Below, in pieces: positions 39,101 to 49,219 of a stretch of 64,000 bases of DNA (within the stretch, counting starts at the first letter, position 1; each line of letters opens with the position of its first letter). The notes beneath the pieces were generated by a model, which worked only from the letters and a program-made list of their open reading frames with translations, was not told the DNA's origin and did not search any database. Source of the stretch: Chiloscyllium plagiosum. Taxonomy: Eukaryota. The position numbers were made by a program, and so were the translations under genes. The DNA lies in NCBI RefSeq assembly GCF_004010195.1, contig NC_057720.1, forward strand, positions 81,668,301 to 81,732,300, read 5' to 3'.

Positions 39101-42100
39101 TTGAGCTATACATAAGTCACTTGGAGCTTGGTCTTTCAGACACAAATGCCATCTTTCACAGGACGCTAAAATGTGGAAGTGTTGTGAACAGTGAAGAGGC
39201 TAGTGTAGAACTTCAAATAGGTCTTAGTCAAGTTGGTCACATGAGCAGACAACGGGCAGATTAAATTTAATAGCGTGAGTTGTGAAGTGATTCCATTAAT
39301 ACAACTAATGTGGAGAGCCAATGTCGGGATTTTCCCTGCTCCGAGCGACATGGACAATGGCAGGAAAGCTTTTTGGAAACCAGCAAAAGGTCCCATTTCC
39401 CGACCAAGTGTTGAATGGTGAGACACTCATTAGTGAGTGGCAAGAGGCCTATTTAATGCACATTCACTTTCTCACTTAGCCTCCTGATATACAGTTTCCC
39501 ATTCTCCATCTGCCCCATGGAACATGGACAGGAGTGATTCTCGGTGTGCTAGAACAAGCAGTACTCTGGTGACTTCAGCTCACCACTTGCTCGTCTAACC
39601 ATCCATCTCATACTACCCCTCCTCCCACATCTCCATCCCACCCACCCACAATCCTGCACATCCACTCCCACACACCCCTTGTTTCCTATTCCCACAACCT
39701 CAATCCCCCTTCTACCTCACTCTCCTACTCCCACCCCTACATCACCCCCCTCCCATCCTCACTCCCACATCGCAATACCCTCCCCCTCCCACTATCGAGC
39801 GGGAGTACTTAATGATTTGTGCGCTGCGAGAATATGTTGTATACATAAAGAAGTGAGTTTAAGAGGATACCACAAGAGACCTTGCTAGGGCTCATGGAGG
39901 GAAACCCTCCGTGAAATATGGTAAAGTTTACACTTTAAAGAACAGAATCCTTACAGTTTAGGGTGTAGCTTTGCTTGCTGAGCCGTAGGTTTGATGTCCA
40001 GACGTCCTGGACATGTGTTTATCCTGGGACATCTATCCTGGGACAGGCTAAGCAAAGAAATGCCAGAGAATTCCTAGAGGCCTGGCACTCCAACCACAAC
40101 GCCATAAACAAACACATAGATCGAGATGCCATCTATCAACCCCTCAGAAAACAAACAGGAAATGACATCACCACAAACCCCAGGAACCCCATATAGGAGA
40201 AAGATATAAATAGAAAGCAGGAGACAACAGTTTCGCTTCACTTAGAGGTCACCACTGATGATGTTACCAAGCCAGGTAATGAAACGTCTGGACATCAAAC
40301 CTACAGCTCAGCGAGCAAATCTACACCCTAAATCTTAACCTGAGCTACAAACCTTCACAAACCTTACAAAAATCCCTACAGTGTAGAAATAGGCCAAAAA
40401 GTCCACACCAATTCTCTGAAGACCATCCCACGCAGATCTTACTCTATCTGTGGAACACTGCATTTCCCATGAATAATCCATACCTAATTTACCCATCCGT
40501 GGATACTATAGACAACTTAGCATGGCCAATTACCTAACCTGCACATATTTGGATATGAGAGGAAACTGAAGCACACAGAGGAACTCACGCAGACACAGGG
40601 AGAATGCGCAAACTCCACACAAGCTTCCTGGCAAAACTTCAGTCCAACATGAAAGAAAGAGAACAATTCTAAAGGAGGTGAAGGAACTGCATGTATGTGT
40701 GCTCCCAGCACGGTTCACAGTCAGGACATCCTTCTGAAGTGTCATCACTCCTGTGAGTCCTGCAAGGAAATGCCTAAGGGATAAACACACGGTTAACTCC
40801 TCTGAGCTTCTCCCGAGAATGCAATGGGACCTTCTACATTCAACTTTGACAGCAAGTCGGGTCTGAGCTTCAGGTCTCATCCGAAAGCCAGCACCTCCAA
40901 GGCATAGCCTTGTTCAGTTCTGCACAAGTGACAACTTTAATGTTGGCTCGTGAGTCCCAGAGTGGGATTGAACCCACAACCTTGTGATACTGAGATGAAC
41001 GTGCCACTAATTGAGCTAATGCTGATCCCCACACACAAGGAGAGAGAAAAACATTTTCAGCCAGTGAGTGGTTAAGGTGTGGAATGCACTGCCTGAGAGT
41101 GTGGTGAAGGCAGCTTCAATTGAAACATTCCGAAGGGAATGAGACTGTTATTTGAAAAGGAACAATGTGCAGGGTGACAGGGAGAAGACAGGAGAATGAC
41201 ACTCAGTCAATTGCTCAGACAGTCGGTCCAGAGAGGATGTGCGGAATGGCATCCGTGCGCACTGTAACAATTCTGTGAGGCTTTGAAAGGCACTAAAAGA
41301 AATATAAGCTGTACATTTGTTTTCCTCAGTCAAGTACTTGTCAGAAATACATAAAGTAAACGCAAGTAAAATCCTGTCAATCACTTCCTTTCGCCTCATA
41401 GCCTTAGCATTTAGATCATTCAGTCTTACAAAGATAGGATGGATAGGCTGGGAGTTTTTTTCCCACTGGAGGGTAGGAGGTTGAGAGATGATCTTATAAA
41501 AGTTTTTAAAATCACGAGGGGTATAGGTAGACTTAATGGTAAGTGTGTCTATTCCCTAGGGTGGGGGACTTCAAAATGAGGGGGCACATGTTTAAGGTGA
41601 GAGGAGAGAGACTTCAAAAAGACACGAGGGGCAAATTGTTTACACAGAGGATGGTTCATGTGTGTGGAATAACTTACTGATGAAGTGGTGGATGTGGGCA
41701 CACTTACAATGTTTAAAAGACATTGGGATAAGTCCATGAACAGGAAAGGTTTGGAGGGATACGGGACTAGTTTAGTTTGGAATCATGTTCATCATGGACT
41801 GGTTGGACTGAAGGGTTTGTTTCAATGCTGTATGACTCGATGACACCTCCTTTATTCTTGCACATCTCCTCTTTCTGCAGTTATTTAAAAGCTGCTCATT
41901 GTTAATCTCTCCTAATTCTGACAAAAGGTATTCGAATTAAAATGTTAACTCTGTTTCACTTTCCACAGATGCTGCTAATTCTCGCTGCTGAATAGTTCCA
42001 GCATTTTCCTCATTATATTAATTCTGGTTAATAAGATAGAGGCGTCCGCCTCTACAAATAGACACAGATTGAAACTGTTGTTGGGCCCTGAGTATTGCAA

Positions 42101-45100
42101 TGCCTCATCACGAGAACCTTCCAACAAGCACCAAGACATCACTTTGCAGATGGGAAGAAGGGCACTACCTGTGAGATCCTTCTTGATTGCTTGGTCCGTC
42201 TGCGCCTTCACATGCTGCCTTCAAAGTGGCTGCATTGGCAAAGAAACTTTTTGTCTATTCATTCATGGGATGAGGGCATCGCTGGCCAATCTGACATTTA
42301 TTGCCCATCCCTAATTGCCCAGAGGGCAGTTAAGAGTTAACCACATTGCAGTCAGTCTGGAGTCACATATTGGCCAGACTGGGTAAGGATGGCAGATTCC
42401 TTCCCTCAAGGACATTAGTGAACCAGATGGATTTTTCCAACAATCGACAATGGACTCATGGTCATCATTAGACTCTTAATTCCAGATTTTACTGAGTTCA
42501 AATTGCAACCTCTGCCGTGGCGGGATTCAAACCCAGGTCCCCAGAACATTATCTGAGTCTCTGGATTAACAGTCTGGACATAATGCCACTAGGCCAGTGC
42601 CTCACACACTGGAACGTGCATTTACAAAGGAAGTCTGGAGAAAGATGTAGTGGTTTGTGTCGAGGTTCGTCCCGAGCAGCTCCGTGACACGTATCTGTGC
42701 CCTACGGTCTGTTCCTTGGGACGCACACCGAGACAGACACTGACTGCACCTGGAGGACCATCAACTCAGTGAAAGATGCTCTTTGGTCTGCTCAAAACGT
42801 ATGGGTCTTCCAGAGCAAGGAGTTGACCCTGACCGAATGTTGCAGACTGGCACATTCCAAGGTCCAGAACTACGTGCTGAGGGATGGACTAAAGCTTGGG
42901 GCAGCTGCCATCAAGGCACAGTCGGGGAAGACCACCAACTAAGGTCTCTCTGCTGAACTTAAATGGGGTCCATTCATTATCAGACCCTCCCAGTGCCTCA
43001 AACGTTTTTAAATGTAATCTTGTACAAGTAACAAATGCCTTGCTGGATAGAGTCAAACATCAATGTTTCTTTTGTTTCTTCATATGCTATTGCAGAGAAA
43101 CAAACTGCTTTAGTGACTATATATGTATATAAAGATATTTTTATTAATAAAACATATTTTTGAAATTGAAAAAAGCTGTTAGGCCTGCTGAGTCTCTTCA
43201 TATCCTGTCTTCGCTTAAGATAGCAATCTGCAATATTTGACCCTGTAAGTTTTGGGTGAGGTAGCGTGTGCTTATAACGTGTATCTAGGTAAATTTATGC
43301 TTATGAAAGTCTTGAAAAGATTGGCTCCATTTCTATCCTCCACACCCAGATCAGAACACAAAGAATCGAACATTTGAGCAGCACAAAGACACCCCAGAAT
43401 ATACCACTCTCCGAAATATATGAAAATGTTTAAGAGATGTTACCTCTGAGGACATTTGTCGGATGCAAATCCCGGTGAGCAAATTTAACCTTGTGCAAAA
43501 TCTGAAGAGCCTGAACCAACTGCTTCATTATTTTAGGGGCGTCGCTTCGCGTTTTGTCCGGCCACTTGCTCACACATTCCTCAAGGTTATACTCGCAGAG
43601 ATCCAGGCACAGGTAATCACAAAAATCATCACTTTCACAATACCGGAGGCTTGCGAAGCGACTGCTGCCACTGATTTTGGGATCACGGAGGCAATCCAAT
43701 TCTCTTTTGGCTGCTTCGACACCTTTCCTGTGACATTTCACCGCCACTTCGATCTCATTGTTAAAGAACCCGAGGCAGACCTCCGTCGCGCTGCCTTCTT
43801 CTGTAATTTTATAATCCGGGATTCTGGATAGTTTCAGCTTCCCAACGGGGTCACGGGGCTCCACCTGCAGTTTCCGCAGGCTCTCTTTCCAGCGTACGCT
43901 GTGCTCCTTCCATCTTGAAGGAGGTCTTCCTTCATTGGATGCCACCTTCTCTGCCCCATGCTTAATCAGCATGTTTTTTGTTCTATTGTCATACTTCCTT
44001 ATGGCTATCATTAACGCCGTATCCCCGCGGTTGTTCGCAAGGGATACATCAGCCCCCTTCTTACACAGCATCTCTGTCAACGAGGTATCCTTATTTTCCA
44101 CAGCTGCCAGCAGGGCCGTCTGGCCTGAACGGTCTTGTGCATTGATTTCCGTGCTGTCATCCTCCAGCAGAAGTTTAACCACCCTGGGCATCTTCTTCTC
44201 GACTGCAAGGATCAGCGGCGTTTTCCCATCGGCGTCCCGAACATTGAGATTCTGGGTGCACTTCACCAGTTGTTCCAACAGGGGGCTTCGAAGCGTACAC
44301 TTGGTCAAGGCGACACTCAGAGGCGTGTTTTGATTTCGGTCCATGGCATTAACATCTGCTCCCCGTTTCAGCAGAGCCTCCGCAATCTCCTCGTTGCTTC
44401 CCTCCAAGGCGTGGATCAGTGGCGTTTTGCGGATGTTGTCGAACGCATTAACATCGGCGTTCATTTCATCCAACAAGATCTCGACAATGTCCTTCCGGCC
44501 TTCCATCACGGCATCAATCAGGGCTGTCTTGCCGCCTTTACCGATATTCGCCCGGGCGCCGGACACTTGCCTGCCCTTGTTCACGTTAGCGTGCTCCCGG
44601 AAGAGGAGGCGGAGCGCCTCCTCATGGCCGTACTGCGCCGCCTCCATGAAGGCGGTAAAACCGTTGTCGTCTGCCTCGTCGATGCCCGCGCCCAAGGCGA
44701 GAAACTTCCTCAGCAGGTTCACGTTGCCCGTTATCGCAGCGACGATGAAAGGCGAGGCGCCATTCTTCTTCCGAAGGCCGGGCTCGGCCCCGTGTTCCAG
44801 CAGCAGGTCAACCATGTCTTCTTGTTCCGCCTGCACAGCGTTTAGGAGCGGCGACCATTGGTACTGCGGCTCCCGGTAGTTCACGTCCACTCTGTTACTC
44901 ACAAGCAACTTCTTCATGATGTCGACGTGACCTTTCATCGCAACTTGACATAAAATGGAGCCAATCTCGTCAACACCGAGGTTTTCCAAGGCTCCCTCTT
45001 CAATTAACTTTTCCGCCCGAGAGAGATCTGGATGGTTAGACTCGCAGACACCTCGAAGCTTATCACCAAGTTCGGTCCCCTCGACCACTTGTTCCTCTCC

Positions 45101-45112
45101 TTGTCCTGCCAT
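24009..45112 (-). CDS. RNASEL: Ribonuclease L (2-5A-dependent RNase; ankyrin repeats + pseudokinase + KEN RNase). Six coding exons: 45112-43444, 38715-38543, 36728-36511, 31562-31430, 29773-29649, 24129-24009; 2439 nt = 812 aa + stop
   Basis: Exons were joined manually. All have AG/GT ends and matching phases (1,0,2,0,2), giving an uninterrupted frame. Diagnostic RNase L motifs: WSPLLNAVQ, RKKNGASPFIVAA, GFTAFMEAAQYG, GKTPLILAVEKK, EVAVK, LADFDKS, HPLLW, SFHKWTEK, DLLKFIRNLIQH, FPDLIVAVY. Confidence 0.95.
24450..27220. mobile_element. Cluster of CR1 fragments in RNASEL intron 5 (24450-25260 -, 25260-25545 +, 26250-27220 + highly degenerate)
   Basis: RLGLFSLE..RLRGDLIEVYK and LQYCVQLWS motifs. 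Confidence 0.8.
29239..29438. mobile_element. Short palindromic non-autonomous element (Penelope-derived/MITE-like) with 14-bp target duplication
   Basis: Inverted arms surround CTGAAGA-a-GGGC-ttat-GCCC-GAAAC-GTC. Flanked by AATCTGGGAATGAA at 29225-29238 and 29439-29452. Confidence 0.8.
29649..29773 (-). CDS. RNASEL: RNASEL coding exon 5 (VDSVLLNDMNK...YKDTTSDLLKFIRNLIQHFDEKK), catalytic KEN core
   Basis: Not in the ORF track; read manually. Acceptor tttctttctag|GTT and donor GA|gtatgt. Contains DLLKFIRN..H with the catalytic His. Confidence 0.93.
31430..31562 (-). CDS. RNASEL: RNASEL coding exon 4 (KAQLIQSLANEKDV...SFHKWTEK), start of the KEN domain
   Basis: Acceptor tttcccctccag|C and donor AAG|gtacac. 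Matches the human VGNESDI...SFDKWTTK segment. Confidence 0.92.
32855..33540 (-). mobile_element. CR1 LINE 3' fragment
   Basis: LYRTLVRPLLEYCVQF motif and typical 3' tail. Another fragment lies at 31920-32490(-). Confidence 0.88.
33845..34625 (+). mobile_element. CR1 LINE 3' fragment
   Basis: QMEFNSDKCEVL.FG motif and CTCTATGACTCTATG tail. Confidence 0.88.
34640..35260. mobile_element. Penelope-like element, 5'-truncated with inverted pseudo-LTR (large fold-back)
   Basis: 34650-34960 is the reverse complement of roughly 34960-35220. It contains the GIY-YIG C-terminal remnant (WHSN....NKHI.LD.I) and hammerhead cores at ~35146-35187 (+) and ~34678-34718 (-). Confidence 0.8.
35280..35515 (+). 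mobile_element. DeuSINE (AmnSINE/SacSINE-like) central domain
   Basis: Deu-domain signature CCTGGCCA.TATT..TCCCTCAA.CAACATCA...GATTATC.GGTCATT...GTTTGTGGGATCTTGCTGTG. Other remnants at ~12950-13130, 13880-14020, 40860-41030(-) and 52645-52800(-). Confidence 0.7.
36511..36728 (-). CDS. RNASEL: RNASEL coding exon 3 (ALGRLLHFVISGG...EARDFVECLL...HPLLWKDL)
   Basis: Lies within ORF 36507-36878. Acceptor gacag|GCA and donor GA|gtaagt. Encodes the kinase C-lobe. Confidence 0.93.
37230..37470. mobile_element. Related fold-back short element (CACAGATGCTGCCAGACCTGCTGAG family)
   Basis: Inverted arms surround TTCTGAAGAAGAGTC...GACTCGA. Relatives at ~4290-4470, 41915-42020 and 45670-45880. Confidence 0.6.
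38543..38715 (-). CDS. RNASEL: RNASEL coding exon 2 (DVEENFRLADFDKSVHF...PGTWEASE...FKADVQ)
   Basis: Acceptor ttttctccag|AT completes the Asp codon. Contains the DFD motif. The phase-0 donor CAG|gtccac is weak but is the only one compatible with the next exon. Confidence 0.88.
39955..40370 (+). mobile_element. Penelope-like element 3' end with short inverted 5' arm
   Basis: ORF 39975-40196 (ILGQAKQRNAREFLEAWHSNHNAINKHID) is the C-terminus of a PLE GIY-YIG endonuclease. 39958-40000 is inverted relative to 40285-40330. Confidence 0.85.
40252..40291 (+). ncRNA. Minimal type I hammerhead ribozyme motif in a Penelope terminal repeat
   Basis: cca-CTGATGA-t-GTTACC-aagcca-GGTAAT-GAAAC-GTC-tgg, directly downstream of a GIY-YIG coding remnant. 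Confidence 0.7.
42610..43175 (+). mobile_element. Tx1/L1-like LINE 3' end
   Basis: YGLF.GTH.ET...C.WRTINSVKDALWSA.N motif, then AATAAA and an A tail. Same family at 63666-64000(-); tail only at ~18000-18115(+). Confidence 0.8.
43444..45112 (-). CDS. RNASEL: RNASEL coding exon 1 (ankyrin-repeat domain and N-lobe of the pseudokinase)
   Basis: Lies within ORF 43430-45202. ATG at 45112 has good Kozak context (gagaATGG) and is preceded by a polypyrimidine tract plus AG acceptor at 45139-45138. Donor is AGAG|gtaaca at 43444/43443 (phase 1). Confidence 0.95.
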
Positions 45113-45450
45113 TCTCGGTTGAGGTCTAGCTTCCTTCCTGTTCAGAAGGAAAAGCAGAACAATCACTCTGCACTTCACGCCTAACCTCACCCACCTCGTC
45201 ATTCAAATGCACTTTCATTTCCCTAATCACAACGTCGAAGGGTTTCGCTAAAGCGATTTGTCACTCAGATCGCGCACTGTCGTGATTTCCTCAGAGAACA
45301 TTCTTCACTATTTTGGCTCAACTCTCAAAACAGTTGAGCAAATCAAGGCAAAACATGGCGGGATGATACAATTAATAGTCGGTCAGTGGGGACTGTTGCC
45401 GTACCAGGCGACCTTGGGATGCGAGTTCACAGTTCTTTGAAAAGCGGGAA
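44150..45450. other. CpG-rich island over the 5' end of RNASEL
   Basis: CpG/GC density is visibly high compared with the CpG-poor flanks (not computed). Confidence 0.55.
45211..45222 (-). promoter_or_regulatory. ETS-IRF composite / IRF-E-like site GGAAATGAAAGT about 100 bp upstream of the RNASEL ATG
   Basis: Exact match to GGAAnnGAAA in a CpG-rich, non-repeat stretch next to an interferon-system gene. Confidence 0.4.
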
Positions 45451-45884
45451 TCGCGAGTAGGCAGGGTGGTGAAGGAAATAGCTGGAAACGCTGAGCAGGT
45501 CTGGCAGCATCTGTGAAGAGAAATCAGAGTTAATGTTCCCTAGATGCTGCCTGACCTGCTGTGCTGTTCCAGCAATAAAGTTTCAGCAGTGGGGACTGTT
45601 GCCGTACAAGACGACCTTGGGATGCGAGTTCGCAGTTCTTTGAAAAGCGGGCAGGGTGGTGAAAGAGGCACGAAAACGGAAATGGCTGGAAACGCTGAGC
45701 AGGTCTGGCAGCATCTGTGAAGAGAAATCAGAGTTAATGTTTCGATTCCGGTGACCATCCCTCAGAACCGGAAGCGTTAACTCTGATTTCTCTTCACAGA
45801 TGCTGCCAGACCTGTTGAGGTATTCCCAAAATTTCTGGTTTTGTTTCTGATTTATAGCATCCGCAGTTCTTTTGGTTTTTATTC

Positions 45885-46640
45885 ATGGAAGAAAGCGTGT
45901 GGTGCGCTTGCCTTAATTGGTCAGTGGATTGAGTGTTGAGGTTAGAAGGTCACGTTGCAGTTGTACAGGACATTGGTTAGGCCACGTTTGGAATACTGCG
46001 TTCATTCCTAGTCTCCCTGCTATAAGAACGATGTTGTTCAACTTGAAAGGGTTCAGAAAAGATTTACAGGGATGTTGCCAGGGTTGGAAGGTTTGAGCTA
46101 TAGGGACAGGCTGAATTGGCTGGGGCCATTTTCTGTCAAGCATCGGGGGGCTGAGGGAAGACCTTATAGAGGTTTATAAAATCATGAATGACTGATAGGG
46201 TGAACAGCCATGGTCTTTCTCCCAGGGAGGGGGAGTCCAAAACTAGAGGGCCTGGAAAATATTTGAAAGGGACCGAAGGGGCAACTTTTTCACGCAGAGA
46301 GTGGTGCGTATATGGAATGAGCTGCCAGAAGAAATGGTGAAGGAGAAAGTGAGGTCTGCAGATGCTGGAGATCAGAGCTGAAAATGTGTTGCTGGAAAAG
46401 CGCAGTAGGTCAGGCAGCATCCAAGGAGCAGGAGAATCGACAGCAACACATTTTCAGCAAAGAAATGGTGAAGGCAAGTACAATTTCAACATTTGAAATG
46501 CATCTGGACAGGTACATGAATAGGAAGGGTTGACATGGATATGGGTCAAATGCTGGAAAATGGCACTGGATTAATTTGGTATGTCTGGTCAGCATGGACG
46601 CATTATGGACAGGTGCTGTATGACACTACAACTCTGACTC
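45885..46640 (+). mobile_element. CR1 LINE 3' fragment interrupted by a short palindromic element
   Basis: CR1 C-terminal motifs. The insert at 46343-46458 is flanked by an AAGAAATGGTGAAGG duplication. Another CR1 tail lies at 41430-41845(+). Confidence 0.85.
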
Positions 46641-49219
46641 TAAAACCTCACAGCCCTTCCAACAAGTTCTTCATTTCAACATTGTTTCATCACCTCTCAT
46701 TGAACTGTGTTATCTATTCTTGCGATGTGGGATTTGATGGCAAGACCAACTTTTCCTCCCCCTGTGCCTTGATAGTGAGCTACCTTCTTGAACCACTGGG
46801 GTGCACCTGGGGTCAGATGACCTCAAGTACTTTTAGGGACGGAGTTCTGGGACTTTGACCCAGTGACACTGAAGGAACAGCAATTTGGATCCCTGTGTCA
46901 GGACGGTGCGTTACATGAAGGGAACACTTGCTGCAGAGTCCATATTACCTTGTATCTGTGGCCCTTGTCCTTCCAAGAGGCAGTGGTCATGGACTTGCAA
47001 GGTGCTGAAATAGTCTTGAGTTGACATTTCCTTGGTACCAGAAATGTAAAGGATCAGTAGGTACCTTAAAGTATTCGATCAGTATTTGTTCGAAGAGCAA
47101 TCAGTTTTTATATTTGTGCAATGGTTAATGATTAGGGAACCTCCCAGACCCTGTGCAGAAACCCAATGACAATGAGAGGAAATATTTTACAGAACAGGAG
47201 AAGGTGACTTTGAAGCACTTTATTGTTTAAAAAAAAATCATGTTTTTAAGAATTTCCTGGCACTTCAAAATGGGAATACTAGAACCAGGAAATTGTCCCA
47301 AGGGAGCACTTTCACTAGAATCCCAATCATTTTACCCTATTTTCCAGAAAACCTGAAAATGCATGACATGCTCTATCACAGGATGGTTAAACTGTGATAT
47401 TTCCATGGATGTGAATGGATTAGATATTCCACACTGACTATTTGAATGAAGTTGTTTTGAAGATTCATTCTCTTATCTGAGGAGATGAACGGGAAGATCC
47501 AAATTTTCAAAGGATTCTTTAAAGGGCTCCTTCATGTCTCTTCCTTAGGTATTTATAATTCAATTTTTGTCCGTCAATGTTATGGTTTGTTTTTAAATGT
47601 TAGCTGCCCCTTATCAGTTCAAGCCTGGAGATTCCAGGTCTTGCAGCATTTGAATGTGTACTGTTTCAGTATCTGAAGAATCGAGAATGGTGCTGAACAT
47701 AGTGCAATCATCTACAAACATCCCCACTTCTGACCTTATGATGGAGGGAAAGTCATTGACGAAGCAGTTGAAGATGGTTGGGCCTGGGACACAACCCTGA
47801 GGAACTCCTGCAAAGATGTCCTGGAGCTTGGACAACTGACCTCCAACAACTACAACTATCTTCCGATGTGCCTGGTGTGACTCCAGTCAGTGGAGAGTTT
47901 GACCCAGTACCCAGTTTTGCTTGGGTTTTTTGATGCCACAGACTCAGAGGGCAGAGGCTGGTGTGAGTTTGGAATTTCCTGGACTGTAAGGGCCTTGGAG
48001 ACAAGAGGCAGGATCACTGAATATTTTTACAATGGGGTAGACAGATCATTAGCTGGAGGAATTAACGGTCATTCAGGGTTGATGGGAATGTGGAAATCAA
48101 AACACAAATGGCAGAAGGCTGGAGGGGCCATGTAATCTAATCCTGCTCCTGTATCATAACAGCCAATCACTTTGCTGTTGGTTTGGAGTCACACATAGGT
48201 CAAGACCTGGCAAGGATGTCAAAGTTCCTTCCCTTAAGGAAATGATAATCATCGAATCCCTACAGTGTGTAAGCAGGCCACACCTACCCTCTAAAAAGCA
48301 TCCCACCCAGACTCACCCCTCTCCCCCCAACCCTGAATTTCCTATGGCTAATCCACCTAGCCGACACATCCCTGGACACTATGGACAATTTAGCATGGCC
48401 AATCCACATAACCTGCACATCTCTGCAACATGCAAACGCCACATAGCCAGTTGCCTGAGGGTGGAATCGAACCTGGGTCGCTGGTGCAGTGAGGCAGCAG
48501 TGCTGACCACTGAGCCACCATGTTGCTCAGCAATTAGTAATGCTGATTGCTGTAAAAACCTATCAACTCATGGTCATCACTTTTTAACCCCATCTGCCAG
48601 ACAGGGATTGGAACCAGTGCCCCCATAGCATTAGTCTAAGCCTCTGATATATTAGTTGGTGACATTGCCAACACACTACTAGGACTGACTCCAAACATCG
48701 AGATACTTCCCCATTACCCCCCTCACTCTCACAAACTGGCCAGTAATGTCAGCATCACACCCACCTCTCTGCTACACATTAAAGGCAAAGATGGTGTGGT
48801 GAATTTCCAATCAGCTTGTAATCCCACCCTTCCTAAGGATCAGTTTTAACAATAGTGAGCCAGGGATGAAGGGCTCTAATCCCACAGAGAGACATTGAGC
48901 AGATCAAGCTAAAGAGTTTTGGAATTGAAGAACAAGGGATTAGGAAACGACAGAATAATGCAGGAATCTAATTCGGAAAGTGTGACGTCATATTTGGGAA
49001 TCAGAAACAAGGGAATACACAATTAACGTCAAAAATCTGAGAAATGCATTAACATAAAACAGCTTATCCACAGAGCGCTGAAAATAGCAAGACAGATAGC
49101 ATACAAATTATAGACCGGAAGAGAAGGGAGGTAATGTCAGAGCCATTTCACGCGTATCTTAGATATATATTTTTGTATGAACGGAACACAAACCCACTTG
49201 AATGTGGTTTTAAGAAATC

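Noticed and set aside
43463-44879. Long + strand ORFs (43463-43831, 43935-44333, 44135-44845, 44343-44879)
   Set aside because: Antisense shadows of the GC-rich RNASEL exon with no recognisable domains.
45113-45202. 30-aa hydrophobic N-terminal extension of the RNASEL ORF (MTRWVRLGVKCRVIVLLFLLNRK...) resembling a signal peptide
   Set aside because: The hydrophobic run is the translation of a polypyrimidine tract ending in an AG acceptor at 45139-45138. The Met at 45112 has the better Kozak context.
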